Positions 9,573 to 18,127 of a stretch of DNA of 64,000 nucleotides are shown piece by piece. Numbering within the stretch: the stretch's first letter is position 1; every line of letters starts with the position of its first letter. This DNA is from Pseudomonadota bacterium (GTDB lineage: Bacteria > Myxococcota > JACRCW01 > JAFGSX01). Where the stretch lies: NCBI GenBank assembly GCA_043821645.1, contig JBDRCO010000052.1, positions 64,001-128,000 on the forward strand. The letters are read 5' to 3'. The position numbers and the translations under genes were made by a program. A model generated the notes under the pieces. The model was not told the DNA's origin. It did no database searches and worked only from the letters and a program-made list of their open reading frames with translations.

Positions 9573-11291
9573 GTGAGCTGCGATAAGCTCGTCGTCATGG
9601 CTGCCACCGCTCTCCCGGGCTGCTCGACACCACATGCCGATGAGGAGCGCCAGCGCTCGCCGGGCGCTGCTCCCTGGTGGCTGTGGTTGCTGGGTCTAGG
9701 TCTGGGCGCCGTGCACCTGCTGGCCCACCTCGGAGCGCAGGCCACCGAGGCTCCACCCGCGCTCGTGTATGTGGGCTTCGTGCACATGGTGCCGGATCAC
9801 GCCAGCTATCTGGGCTTCGCGGACCAGGCTCGGCGGACCGGGGACCTCGCCCTGCGGGACCCCTTCACCACCTTGCCCCAGCACGGGCGCTTCGTGATGG
9901 CCTTCTTCTGGCTGGTGGGTCTGCTGGCGCGCCTCACCGCTGGCGACGTGCTCCTGGCCTGGTATCTGCTCGTTCCCCTGTGTTCGCTGGCCCTGGTGTG
10001 GGTGCTGTGGTGGCTGACCGGCCTGCTGTTCCAGGATCCTGGCTGGCGGCGCGTGGCTGTTCTTCTGTGCAGTCTCGGCGGGGGGCTGGGCTGGCTGGGC
10101 AAGCTGCTGAGTGCCGGGCTGGCCTCCCGGGAGGTCGTGGCCTTCGAGTGGAACTGGTCGCTGTTCGGCGCGGCCCTGGTTCCCACCTGGACCCTGGCAC
10201 ACGCCCTGCTCGCTGCTGCAGCGGGGTTGGTGCTGCAGGGGTGGACAACGCCTGACGCGGGGCCGTCGACGCGGCGTGCGTTGCTGCGCTGGCTGCGCAT
10301 TCCTGTACTTCTGCTCTGTGCCTTTCTGGTTCACCCCTACACGGGGCTCGCCGGCCTCGCGATCGTGGGGACGCTAGCGCTCACCGGATGCCTGGCCACG
10401 AATCGGCAGCGCTCCTTGCTGCAACAGCTCGAACCCCTGGCTGCCGTGCTCATCGCAGGCGGATTTATCGCGGTGCTGGGGCTGTGGGCCCGCGGTGACG
10501 ACGTGTACCGCGCCACCACGGGGAATCTCTTCACCTGGACGGAACACTACTCCCCGGTCTGGTATCCCCTGATGTACGGGGTGCCGCTGCTGCTGGCGGT
10601 GCTCGGTGGGCACAGCGCGCTTTGGGATCCCACGGCGTGGACGCTTCGCGGTGTACTGGTGTGGTGCCTGGTCGCGATGGCGCTCTCCAACATGTGGTTC
10701 CTTCCCGGGGTGAAGTTCCAGTTTCTCGTATTCCTGCCTCTCGGCCTGCTGGCGACCCAGGGTCTGCGTGTCGTCGTCGGTCGCTGGCCCTGGCTGGCGA
10801 CGGGAGAACGTCGCCACGTGCTGGCTCTTGGTCTGGCGCTCGGCATCGCCGGCGGACCACTCCCCGACGCCCTGCGCGGGATCATTCCGGCGCCGGGCAT
10901 GCGCATCCACGTCAGTCAACCCCAGCTCGATCTCCTCGCAGCCTTGCAGCAGCTGCCCGACGGCGGAGTACTGGCCCCCCCCGCGGCCGCCATCCTGGTG
11001 CCCTGGAAGGCGAGTAAGCCGGTGTTCGACGGACACTGGTTCCTGAGTCCGCATCACGAGCGCAATCTCGACGACCTGCGGCGCTTCTACCAGGCCGACA
11101 CCCCTGTGGCCTGGAAGGTGGAGTTCCTGGCCCGCGCGCACGTGCGCTACCTGCTCGAAGACCCCTGGAGCACTGGTTCCATCCCGTCGCGCATCGGTCC
11201 CTACGCGGTCCGCGAGCATTTTCGCAATGCCTTCGGACGGGTGCTCGAGCTGGTGGTGGATGAAGGTTCGCACGAGGGTGTGCAACCATGA
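9573..11291 (+). CDS. Polytopic membrane protein, probable GT-C glycosyltransferase
   Basis: About 10-12 hydrophobic segments, acidic loop after TM1 (PDHASY...DPFT), HPY motif, soluble C-terminal domain. Start could be 9573 or 9597. Confidence 0.55.
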   Translation: MSCDKLVVMAATALPGCSTPHADEERQRSPGAAPWWLWLLGLGLGAVHLLAHLGAQATEAPPALVYVGFVHMVPDHASYLGFADQARRTGDLALRDPFTTLPQHGRFVMAFFWLVGLLARLTAGDVLLAWYLLVPLCSLALVWVLWWLTGLLFQDPGWRRVAVLLCSLGGGLGWLGKLLSAGLASREVVAFEWNWSLFGAALVPTWTLAHALLAAAAGLVLQGWTTPDAGPSTRRALLRWLRIPVLLLCAFLVHPYTGLAGLAIVGTLALTGCLATNRQRSLLQQLEPLAAVLIAGGFIAVLGLWARGDDVYRATTGNLFTWTEHYSPVWYPLMYGVPLLLAVLGGHSALWDPTAWTLRGVLVWCLVAMALSNMWFLPGVKFQFLVFLPLGLLATQGLRVVVGRWPWLATGERRHVLALGLALGIAGGPLPDALRGIIPAPGMRIHVSQPQLDLLAALQQLPDGGVLAPPAAAILVPWKASKPVFDGHWFLSPHHERNLDDLRRFYQADTPVAWKVEFLARAHVRYLLEDPWSTGSIPSRIGPYAVREHFRNAFGRVLELVVDEGSHEGVQP

Positions 11292-13597
11292 CGTCTTCAG
11301 CAACGCGCCCGGGTGGTGGCTGGATCCGTCGCGCACTCCTCGTTGCGGGGATAGGTCTCGCAACCAGCGCTGGCATGGCCCTCGCGCAGTGGTGGTTCGG
11401 GTGGGCTCGTCAACCGGGTGCGCTGCAGCAGAGCGTCCCTCTCGAGGCTTCGACGCTCCTTGCCCAGCCCCTGGTCCTGCCAGGGTCCGGGCTCGACAGG
11501 CTGGGTCTGGTCGTGAGCAAGCAGGGCGATCCCTGGCCTGCCACCCTGCAGCTCATCCTCCTCGACGGTGATTCCATCCCTCGCGACCAGCGGGAACTCA
11601 CCCGGCGCACCCGTGCCGAGTTCCTGCTGCGCGTCGGCGGCGATGCAGACCGTCGTCCCATCTGGCGGCCCCTGGAGAACGCCCTGAGCACGGACCTCAA
11701 CCAGCACATGCTGCTCCTCGTGGTGCGCAGGGACGCGCGGAGCTCCTCGGTGAGGCTCTGGCTGGGAGATGGCCAGCAGACCACTCCGTCGACGGCAAGC
11801 CTGCTGAGAGCCGGGCCAGGTGGCGAACTGCAAGCGACGGCGCTCGGGTCGGGCCTCGCACTGAGCGCGGGGTCTGTACCTTCGAGGGGACTGCGACAGC
11901 TGGCCTGGCTGGGCCTGTGGGTGTACGGGGCACTGGTGCTGGTGCTGGTGTGGCTGGGCAGGGCGCCGGCTGAAAAGGTGTCAGGGGCGACGGACGTGGC
12001 GTCCCCCGGGGATCGAAGGCTAGAGCGGCTGGCGGATCTGGTGGTGCTGCTTGCCCTGGTACTGGTGGTGGTGGGCACCGCCCGCACCGGTGTGGCCTGG
12101 GACGAGCAGGGGCTGGCAGCCTACGGTGGTTTCCTGGTCGAGTACTACGCGCGCTGGTTCCCCGATGCGGCCATCGTCGACCACTATCCCCTGTTCAACC
12201 TGCACCTGTACGGAGGTGCCTTCGAGCTCCTGCTCGCCGCGCTCGACCCGCAGATGCCCGGGTCGCCCTATGACATCCGTCACCTGCTGACAGGCTTGTG
12301 TGGGGTCGCCGGTCTCCTCGTCACGCGGGGCCTGGCGCGGCGCCTGGGCGGTCCTCGCGTGGCACTCTGGGCCGTGATCCTGCTGGCGATGCTGCCGTCG
12401 TGGAACGGACACTGGCTCAACAACACCAAGGATCTCCCCTTCGCCGTGGGCTGCACCTGGTCGCTGCTGGTGCTGGTCGACCTCGTGCAGAGCCTTCCCG
12501 AGGCGCCACCGCGCAGGGTCCTGCACCTCGGGCTCGCCATGGGCCTCAGCATGGGTGTGCGGGTGGCGGGGCTCATGCTCCCGGGGCTGTTGTTCCTCGT
12601 CATCCTGGGCTGGTGCCTGGTGTCCTGTTGGAAGCGGCGTGAACTGGGGTCGGCCGTCCGCCTGCTCGGTCGCCTTGCGGGGACGACCCTGCTGCCTGCC
12701 ACGCTCCTCGCCTATGCGTTGATGGTGTTTCTCTGGCCGTGGGCGCAGCAGGCAGTGCTGAGTCATCCCCTGCAGGCCCTGTTCACCTTCGGCGGCTTCT
12801 CGGACTACACCGACCGCGTGCTGGTGGCGGGGCAGTCCGTTCTCGCCACCGAGGTTCCTCGCAGCTACCAGTTGCTGTACCTGGTGGCCAAGCTGCCGGA
12901 GCTTCATCTGGCGCTGCTGGTGGCCACACTCCTCGTGGGCGGACTGGTGTTCTGGCGCGATCGAACGACTCTGGACCGTCGACATGGCGCCTGGGCGGTG
13001 GTGGCGGGTCTGGTCGTGCTCCCACTGCTCGCGGCGTGGCTGCTGCGGCCCACCATGTACGATGGCCTCCGGCAGTCGCTGTTCGTGCTTCCGGCCAGTT
13101 GCGTCCTCGCGGCGGGAACCCTGGACGGGCTGCTGGTCAGGCTGTGGAGTCGATCGAGGTCCGCATGCATTGCCCCGGCGCTGCTGCTCCTCGTCGCTGT
13201 CGGAGACCTGGGCCTGGCGACGGCGCGCTTGTTCCCCTACCAGTACATCTATTACAACCACCTCGTGGGCGGTGTGGAGGGTGCGCAGGATCGCTACGAA
13301 CTCGACTACTGGGGCCTGTGCTACCGGGAAGCCGTGCAGGACCTGCAGCAGGTTCTCGAGCAGCGCGCCGTTGCTCTCGACCCGCAGCGACCCGTGCGGG
13401 TGGCCAGCTGTGGTGAACGCAGCTCCTCGGAGGTCTTCTTCCCGACCTCCCTGGCCTGGGTTCGCACTCCGGAGTCTGCGGATTTCGTGCTCACGCACCG
13501 TCGACAGAACTGTCCGTGGCAGGACCTCGGTCACAGCGTTGGCACGGTTCAGCGCATGGGTGTGCGGCTGTGCGACCTGCGCGAGGTGACCCCGTGA
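11288..13597 (+). CDS. ArnT/PMT-like (GT39/GT83) membrane glycosyltransferase with N-terminal soluble domain
   Basis: GVAWDE motif after TM, HLYGGAFE, GHWLNNTKDLP, YDGLRQ, YQYIYYN, ELDYWG. Confidence 0.7.
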   Translation: MTSSATRPGGGWIRRALLVAGIGLATSAGMALAQWWFGWARQPGALQQSVPLEASTLLAQPLVLPGSGLDRLGLVVSKQGDPWPATLQLILLDGDSIPRDQRELTRRTRAEFLLRVGGDADRRPIWRPLENALSTDLNQHMLLLVVRRDARSSSVRLWLGDGQQTTPSTASLLRAGPGGELQATALGSGLALSAGSVPSRGLRQLAWLGLWVYGALVLVLVWLGRAPAEKVSGATDVASPGDRRLERLADLVVLLALVLVVVGTARTGVAWDEQGLAAYGGFLVEYYARWFPDAAIVDHYPLFNLHLYGGAFELLLAALDPQMPGSPYDIRHLLTGLCGVAGLLVTRGLARRLGGPRVALWAVILLAMLPSWNGHWLNNTKDLPFAVGCTWSLLVLVDLVQSLPEAPPRRVLHLGLAMGLSMGVRVAGLMLPGLLFLVILGWCLVSCWKRRELGSAVRLLGRLAGTTLLPATLLAYALMVFLWPWAQQAVLSHPLQALFTFGGFSDYTDRVLVAGQSVLATEVPRSYQLLYLVAKLPELHLALLVATLLVGGLVFWRDRTTLDRRHGAWAVVAGLVVLPLLAAWLLRPTMYDGLRQSLFVLPASCVLAAGTLDGLLVRLWSRSRSACIAPALLLLVAVGDLGLATARLFPYQYIYYNHLVGGVEGAQDRYELDYWGLCYREAVQDLQQVLEQRAVALDPQRPVRVASCGERSSSEVFFPTSLAWVRTPESADFVLTHRRQNCPWQDLGHSVGTVQRMGVRLCDLREVTP

Positions 13598-15396
13598 GCG
13601 TGGCGAACTCCGTCCTGCGGCCGAGCTGGAGCGCGCGCCTCCTGTGGTGGCTCATCCCCCTCGTCGTGGCGCTGTGGGCTGGCTGGGATCTGCTGGCACC
13701 CTGGGACGTCAACGGGCACAGCGTCTACCTCAACCACATCCGTCTGGTGGCTCTCGAGGCGACCCTGCGCGAGGGCGGTCTCTCCCTGCGCTGGCTGCCC
13801 CAGCTGTACTTCGGCCACGGCTCGCCGCTGTTCAACTACGTCGCGCCCTTGCCGACCCTGCTGGCCCTGGTCCTCGTGTGGATGGGCCTCAGCGCCAGCA
13901 TGGCCATCAAGCTCGTCTACCTCGGGGCCTTGCTCGGAGCGGCCCTCTCCACGGCCTGGCTGGCCCGCATCCTTGCTGGACCCTGGGCGGGCCTCGGTGC
14001 GGGCGTTCTCGTCGTGCTGGCTCCCTACGCGCTGGTCAACGTGTATGTCCGCGCGCAATTTGGCGAGCCCGTGGCTCTGGCACTGGCCCCACTGGCTCTC
14101 GTCGCCGTGCATCGTCTCGACGGCCCCAGACCCTGGCGCAGCGTCGCCCTGGGGGCGTGCGCGGTCGGCCTGCTCGTGCTCAGTCACAACATCGCCGCCC
14201 TCATGCTCTTCGCACTGGTTGCGGCCGCGGTGGCCGCCAAGATCTGGGCACATCCTCGTCGTGAACTCGTGCTGCGGGGGGCCGTTTTCCTGGGCCTCGG
14301 GCTCGGGCTCTCGGCCTGGCTGTGGCTTCCGGCCCTGGCGGAGACCTCGGCGGTGCAGGCCCGGGCCGCTCTCACCTCGGGACCCTTTGCCTATGACCTC
14401 CACTTCGTCACCTTCGGCCAGCTGCTCGGCGACAGCTGGGGTTACGGTGTCAGCGGACCCGGGGATCAGGACTCCATGCCCTTGCAAGCCGGGCGTGCGC
14501 TGCTCCTGCTGTGGGCTGCGGGCGCCCTGCTGACCGCGCGACGCTGGCGAGAGACGCCGGCGCTGGCACGCGTGATGGTGCTGGCGGCGCCCGTGGCGCT
14601 GTTCCTGACCACGGCGGCCTCGGCACCGTTGTGGCGCCATGTCCCCTTGCTGCCCTTCATGCAGTTTCCGTGGCGGTTTCTCCTGCTGTTCTGTCTGGCC
14701 GCGGCGGTCACCGCCGGTCTGGCGCTCGGGGATCTGGCCGGGCGTCTGCATCCCCCCTGGCGCGAGATCGTGCTTGGCCTCACGGTAGTTCTGATCGTCG
14801 TCATGAGTCAGCACCAGGTCAACGCGATGTACCTTCGCTTCAACCTGGCCACCCATGAGTCCGCCATCTTCGTCAAAAACAATGGTCCCAGCATCGACCA
14901 GGACCCAAACCTCGTTCCCATCGGCGAGGTGTACACCGCTTCGAACATCGTGCGGCTCGGAGTCTCGGCCACCATCGGTGACGACTACTTGCCGCGCGCC
15001 GTCGAGGACAAGCCCAGGGCACCTTCGTCGCAACCTGTCGAGGTGATCGCGGGTGCCTTGCAGGTCATTTCGGGGAATTCGGCGCCCCAGCGACACAGCG
15101 CGGTGCTGCGTGTCGACCAGGATGCGCGCCTGCGCTTTCCGCTGTTTTACTTCCCGGGCTGGATCGCACGTCTCGACGGCACCGAGATTCCCGTCGAGGT
15201 CGAGCCGCGCTCCGGGTGCATCGTGATCGACGTTCCCCGAGGTGAGCACGAGCTGGTGCTGCAGTTTGCGAGCACACCGCTGCGCTCGGTCTCGACGCTG
15301 CTGTCGCTGCTAGCTGGGATGGCGGTGCTGGTGCTGCTGCTGGGCTCCTGGTGGGCATGCAGGCGTCGAGCGATCACTCCCGCACCGGTGGCGTGA
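13594..15396 (+). CDS. GT-C membrane protein, 6-pyruvoyl-tetrahydropterin-synthase-related/YfhO-like family
   Basis: RWLPQLYFGHGSPLFNYVAPL, APYALVNVYVRAQFGE, LSHN, MQFPWRFL, FYFPGW..RLDG, VPRGEHELVLQF. GTGA overlap with upstream gene. Confidence 0.75.
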   Translation: MSVANSVLRPSWSARLLWWLIPLVVALWAGWDLLAPWDVNGHSVYLNHIRLVALEATLREGGLSLRWLPQLYFGHGSPLFNYVAPLPTLLALVLVWMGLSASMAIKLVYLGALLGAALSTAWLARILAGPWAGLGAGVLVVLAPYALVNVYVRAQFGEPVALALAPLALVAVHRLDGPRPWRSVALGACAVGLLVLSHNIAALMLFALVAAAVAAKIWAHPRRELVLRGAVFLGLGLGLSAWLWLPALAETSAVQARAALTSGPFAYDLHFVTFGQLLGDSWGYGVSGPGDQDSMPLQAGRALLLLWAAGALLTARRWRETPALARVMVLAAPVALFLTTAASAPLWRHVPLLPFMQFPWRFLLLFCLAAAVTAGLALGDLAGRLHPPWREIVLGLTVVLIVVMSQHQVNAMYLRFNLATHESAIFVKNNGPSIDQDPNLVPIGEVYTASNIVRLGVSATIGDDYLPRAVEDKPRAPSSQPVEVIAGALQVISGNSAPQRHSAVLRVDQDARLRFPLFYFPGWIARLDGTEIPVEVEPRSGCIVIDVPRGEHELVLQFASTPLRSVSTLLSLLAGMAVLVLLLGSWWACRRRAITPAPVA

Positions 15397-16945
15397 AGCT
15401 GGGCGTTGGCCGCTCGCGCAGCACCGTGGGCTGGCCCCGGCCATGAGCAAATGTCTTGAGCGCCGGCTCGCCGTACACGATCTTGCGGCAGGCGTTCTCG
15501 CACAGGCCACACCCCATGCAGCGCACGTAGTCCACGGCGGCAGGCCGGAGCGGGCGATCCGGGCGTGCAGCCTCGATGACGAAGGCCTTGGTCGGGCAGA
15601 TCTCGATGCACTTGCGGCAGGCCAGGTTGTCCGTGTACGAGATGCAGCGATCCTTCTCGAGAACGGCCGTGCCCATCTTGACCGACCACTTGTCGGTCTC
15701 GCGCTTGTCGAAGCGCGGGATGGCATCGCTGGGGCAGACTTCGCCGCAGGCATTGCAGTCCGCCCGGCATCCCCCCACCTCGGGTGTGATGGCAGGGGTC
15801 CACAGACCGGCCAGGCCAGCCTCCAGATGCGTGAGCTGCAGGGTCTGGGTCGGGCAGGCCTGCACACACATGCCACAGCGCACGCACTGGTCCAGGAAGG
15901 TGTCCTCGTCGAGCACGCGCGGTGGTCGCACCAGGGTGTTGGGATCCCCACGGTGGTAAGCCGCGAACGCGGTCAAGGGAGCCAGCGCCACGCCCGTGGC
16001 TCCGGCCACCAGAAAGGAGCGGCGGCCAAGCTCGAGCGGGCGGTCGACCTTGTGGCGCCCTGGACTCATCCAGTCGAAGCGGATGGCCTGCACGTGACAG
16101 AAGTCGCGGCCGCTCATGCAGCGGATGCACTCGTGGTTGAGTGTGAATTGGGGGTTCGAGGGCACCGCACCCATGCGGCATTCGCGAATGCATTGCTTGC
16201 CCGCGGCAAGCGCGTGGCATCCGTCGCAGCCCTTGACGCGCCGACGGAGCAAGGGGACGCGCGCGAGCAGGCCGTAGAAGGCCCCCAGCGGACACAGGTA
16301 GCGACAGTAGAAGCGGGGGCTGAGCGCGGTCAGGCCGAGCACGGTGAGCAGCAAGGCCAGGGGCAGGAAGGCGATGCCGTGGTACGGCGTGTGCCAGGTC
16401 CCGGGCAGCGCGTCGTCGGGCAGCACGGCAGTGAACGCTGGCCACAAGCCCCCTGCGGTGGCGCGAAAGAGCAGCACCAGCGGATCCAGCAGGTAGATCC
16501 ACTGCGACGACAGCAGGGCGCCGATCACCACGACCGTGAGCAGCACATACTTCCAGTGCTGCATGCGCTGGTGCTGGGCGAGGCTGAAGCGGGACTCGGG
16601 GGGGCGCAGGACCCTGGCCATGCCGTCGAGCAGGGTTCCCAGCGGACACAGCCAGCCGCAAAAAGCGCGACCCACGACCAGGGTCATGACGACGAGGACC
16701 AGCGAGCCCAGCAAGGTCGGGACCCACACCAGGGCCGAACCCATGGTGAGCAACGCGACCAGCGGATCGCTGATCAGAAACAGGTCTGTGCGCAGCGGCG
16801 AGGCGACGGGATCCCGCACCCAGAGGAACAGTGCGATCCACAGCAGCAGACTCAGCACTTGCGACAGGCGGCGCACCTGGCGCCATCCGGATCGGGTGGT
16901 CACCGTCGGCGGCGGATGGGGGCGGGCCTGGGCAGCAGCGGCCAT
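15374..16945 (-). CDS. Membrane polyferredoxin (NapH/MauN-like plus NapG/MauM-like domains) with internal Tat motif
   Basis: Two CxxxCP motifs (GRAFCGWLCP, RFYCRYLCP), several CxxCxxCxxxC(P) motifs, about 5 TM segments, GRRSFL before the last TM. Confidence 0.85.
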   Translation of the reverse strand: MAAAAQARPHPPPTVTTRSGWRQVRRLSQVLSLLLWIALFLWVRDPVASPLRTDLFLISDPLVALLTMGSALVWVPTLLGSLVLVVMTLVVGRAFCGWLCPLGTLLDGMARVLRPPESRFSLAQHQRMQHWKYVLLTVVVIGALLSSQWIYLLDPLVLLFRATAGGLWPAFTAVLPDDALPGTWHTPYHGIAFLPLALLLTVLGLTALSPRFYCRYLCPLGAFYGLLARVPLLRRRVKGCDGCHALAAGKQCIRECRMGAVPSNPQFTLNHECIRCMSGRDFCHVQAIRFDWMSPGRHKVDRPLELGRRSFLVAGATGVALAPLTAFAAYHRGDPNTLVRPPRVLDEDTFLDQCVRCGMCVQACPTQTLQLTHLEAGLAGLWTPAITPEVGGCRADCNACGEVCPSDAIPRFDKRETDKWSVKMGTAVLEKDRCISYTDNLACRKCIEICPTKAFVIEAARPDRPLRPAAVDYVRCMGCGLCENACRKIVYGEPALKTFAHGRGQPTVLRERPTPSFTPPVRE

Positions 16946-17632
16946 CTACTTGCCGCCGGCCTTGGCTGCCTTTTCCTCGTCGGTGAGCAGTTCTCCACTC
17001 TCGATGGCCTTCTGGATCTGGGCCTGCACGGCAGCCCTGGCCTTCCGCACATCCTCGGACACGGCCACGGGTGCACCGCCGCCAAAGAACAGGTTATGCA
17101 GTGAGACGGCCTTGCGGGTGGCTGTGGCCGTGGCTTCCGCCGAGTAGGTGGCGCCGGTGACACTGTCGACGTCGGCCTTGACGGTCAGCGGGTCCTGGTG
17201 CGTCTTCTTCCGGAACTGCTTGAGAAAGCCCTTCTTGTTGATGGGGAAGGATCGCGGGCACGACAGCTCGACGATCACCGTCTCCTGAACCACGCCCGCC
17301 GCATCCATGCCGATGGCGTACTTGTGAAAGCACGTTCCGAACACCTCGGGTACCACGAAGACGTAGGCCAGATCCTCACCGCCCGAGCTGCGTCCGACGT
17401 AGAACACGTAGCTCGGTTCCTCGGCCTTCCAGCCATAGTCCTCGAGCAGGCGTTGCCGCTGTGCCGCGCTGGGCGTCTTGGTGACCTTGACGATCTTGGA
17501 ACCCTTGGGTGTGAAGGTCTTGACGGCTTGTTCCAGTGACATGTACTTGACCGCGGCTGCCGTCGACGACAGATGCACGCCAACCAGGGCCGTGACAGCG
17601 CACAGCGCTCCGCGAAGAACGTTCGAATTCAT
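16946..17632 (-). CDS. Exported FMN-binding (flavinylated) protein, RnfG/NqrC-like FMN_bind domain
   Basis: Signal peptide; FLKQF.KK...DPL...DVDSVTGATYS carries the [S/T]GA[S/T] flavinylation motif. Confidence 0.85.
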   Translation of the reverse strand: MNSNVLRGALCAVTALVGVHLSSTAAAVKYMSLEQAVKTFTPKGSKIVKVTKTPSAAQRQRLLEDYGWKAEEPSYVFYVGRSSGGEDLAYVFVVPEVFGTCFHKYAIGMDAAGVVQETVIVELSCPRSFPINKKGFLKQFRKKTHQDPLTVKADVDSVTGATYSAEATATATRKAVSLHNLFFGGGAPVAVSEDVRKARAAVQAQIQKAIESGELLTDEEKAAKAGGK

Positions 17633-18018
17633 CTCTTCTCCTCGACCTTGCCTCGCCAGCGCACCTGGCCGGCGATGAGCACGAGACCGAGCGCGGGTAG
17701 CACCAGCAGCCAGGGCCTGGTCACGTTCTCGGGAAATCCCGCGTTCGGTCCAGCCTCCACCGGGGCCGGGTCATCGGCAAAGACGACTTCTTCCTCGCTG
17801 TCCTTGCCCGGGACCGGGTCCGCCTGACCTTGCGCCGTGCCCTCGTCGTCGAACACCGCTTCTTCTTCGACGGTCTCCTCGACGGCCTGTGCGGGAGAGG
17901 CTCCCCCCGTCGTCGCCGGCTCGGCGTCCTGGCTCCAGGCAGGTGCAGCCAGCAGGATGGCGCACAGCACGAGCCCATCGGCGGTGTAAAGGGTGGTCTG
18001 ATGACGACGAGAATTCAT
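17629..18018 (-). CDS. Small acidic exported protein with C-terminal membrane anchor
   Basis: Signal peptide (AWS-QD), Glu/Asp-rich linker, C-terminal TM with basic tail; overlaps the start of the FMN-binding gene by 4 nt. Confidence 0.6.
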   Translation of the reverse strand: MNSRRHQTTLYTADGLVLCAILLAAPAWSQDAEPATTGGASPAQAVEETVEEEAVFDDEGTAQGQADPVPGKDSEEEVVFADDPAPVEAGPNAGFPENVTRPWLLVLPALGLVLIAGQVRWRGKVEEKR

Positions 18019-18127
18019 GTTCCCACGCTACCCGCGCCTCGGTGTCCCGTCAATGTGAACACAGACCCGCTCGAACACGGGATGACACAAGTCAGACCCT
18101 GGCCGTGCCCCGGATCCCGGGAGCCCG

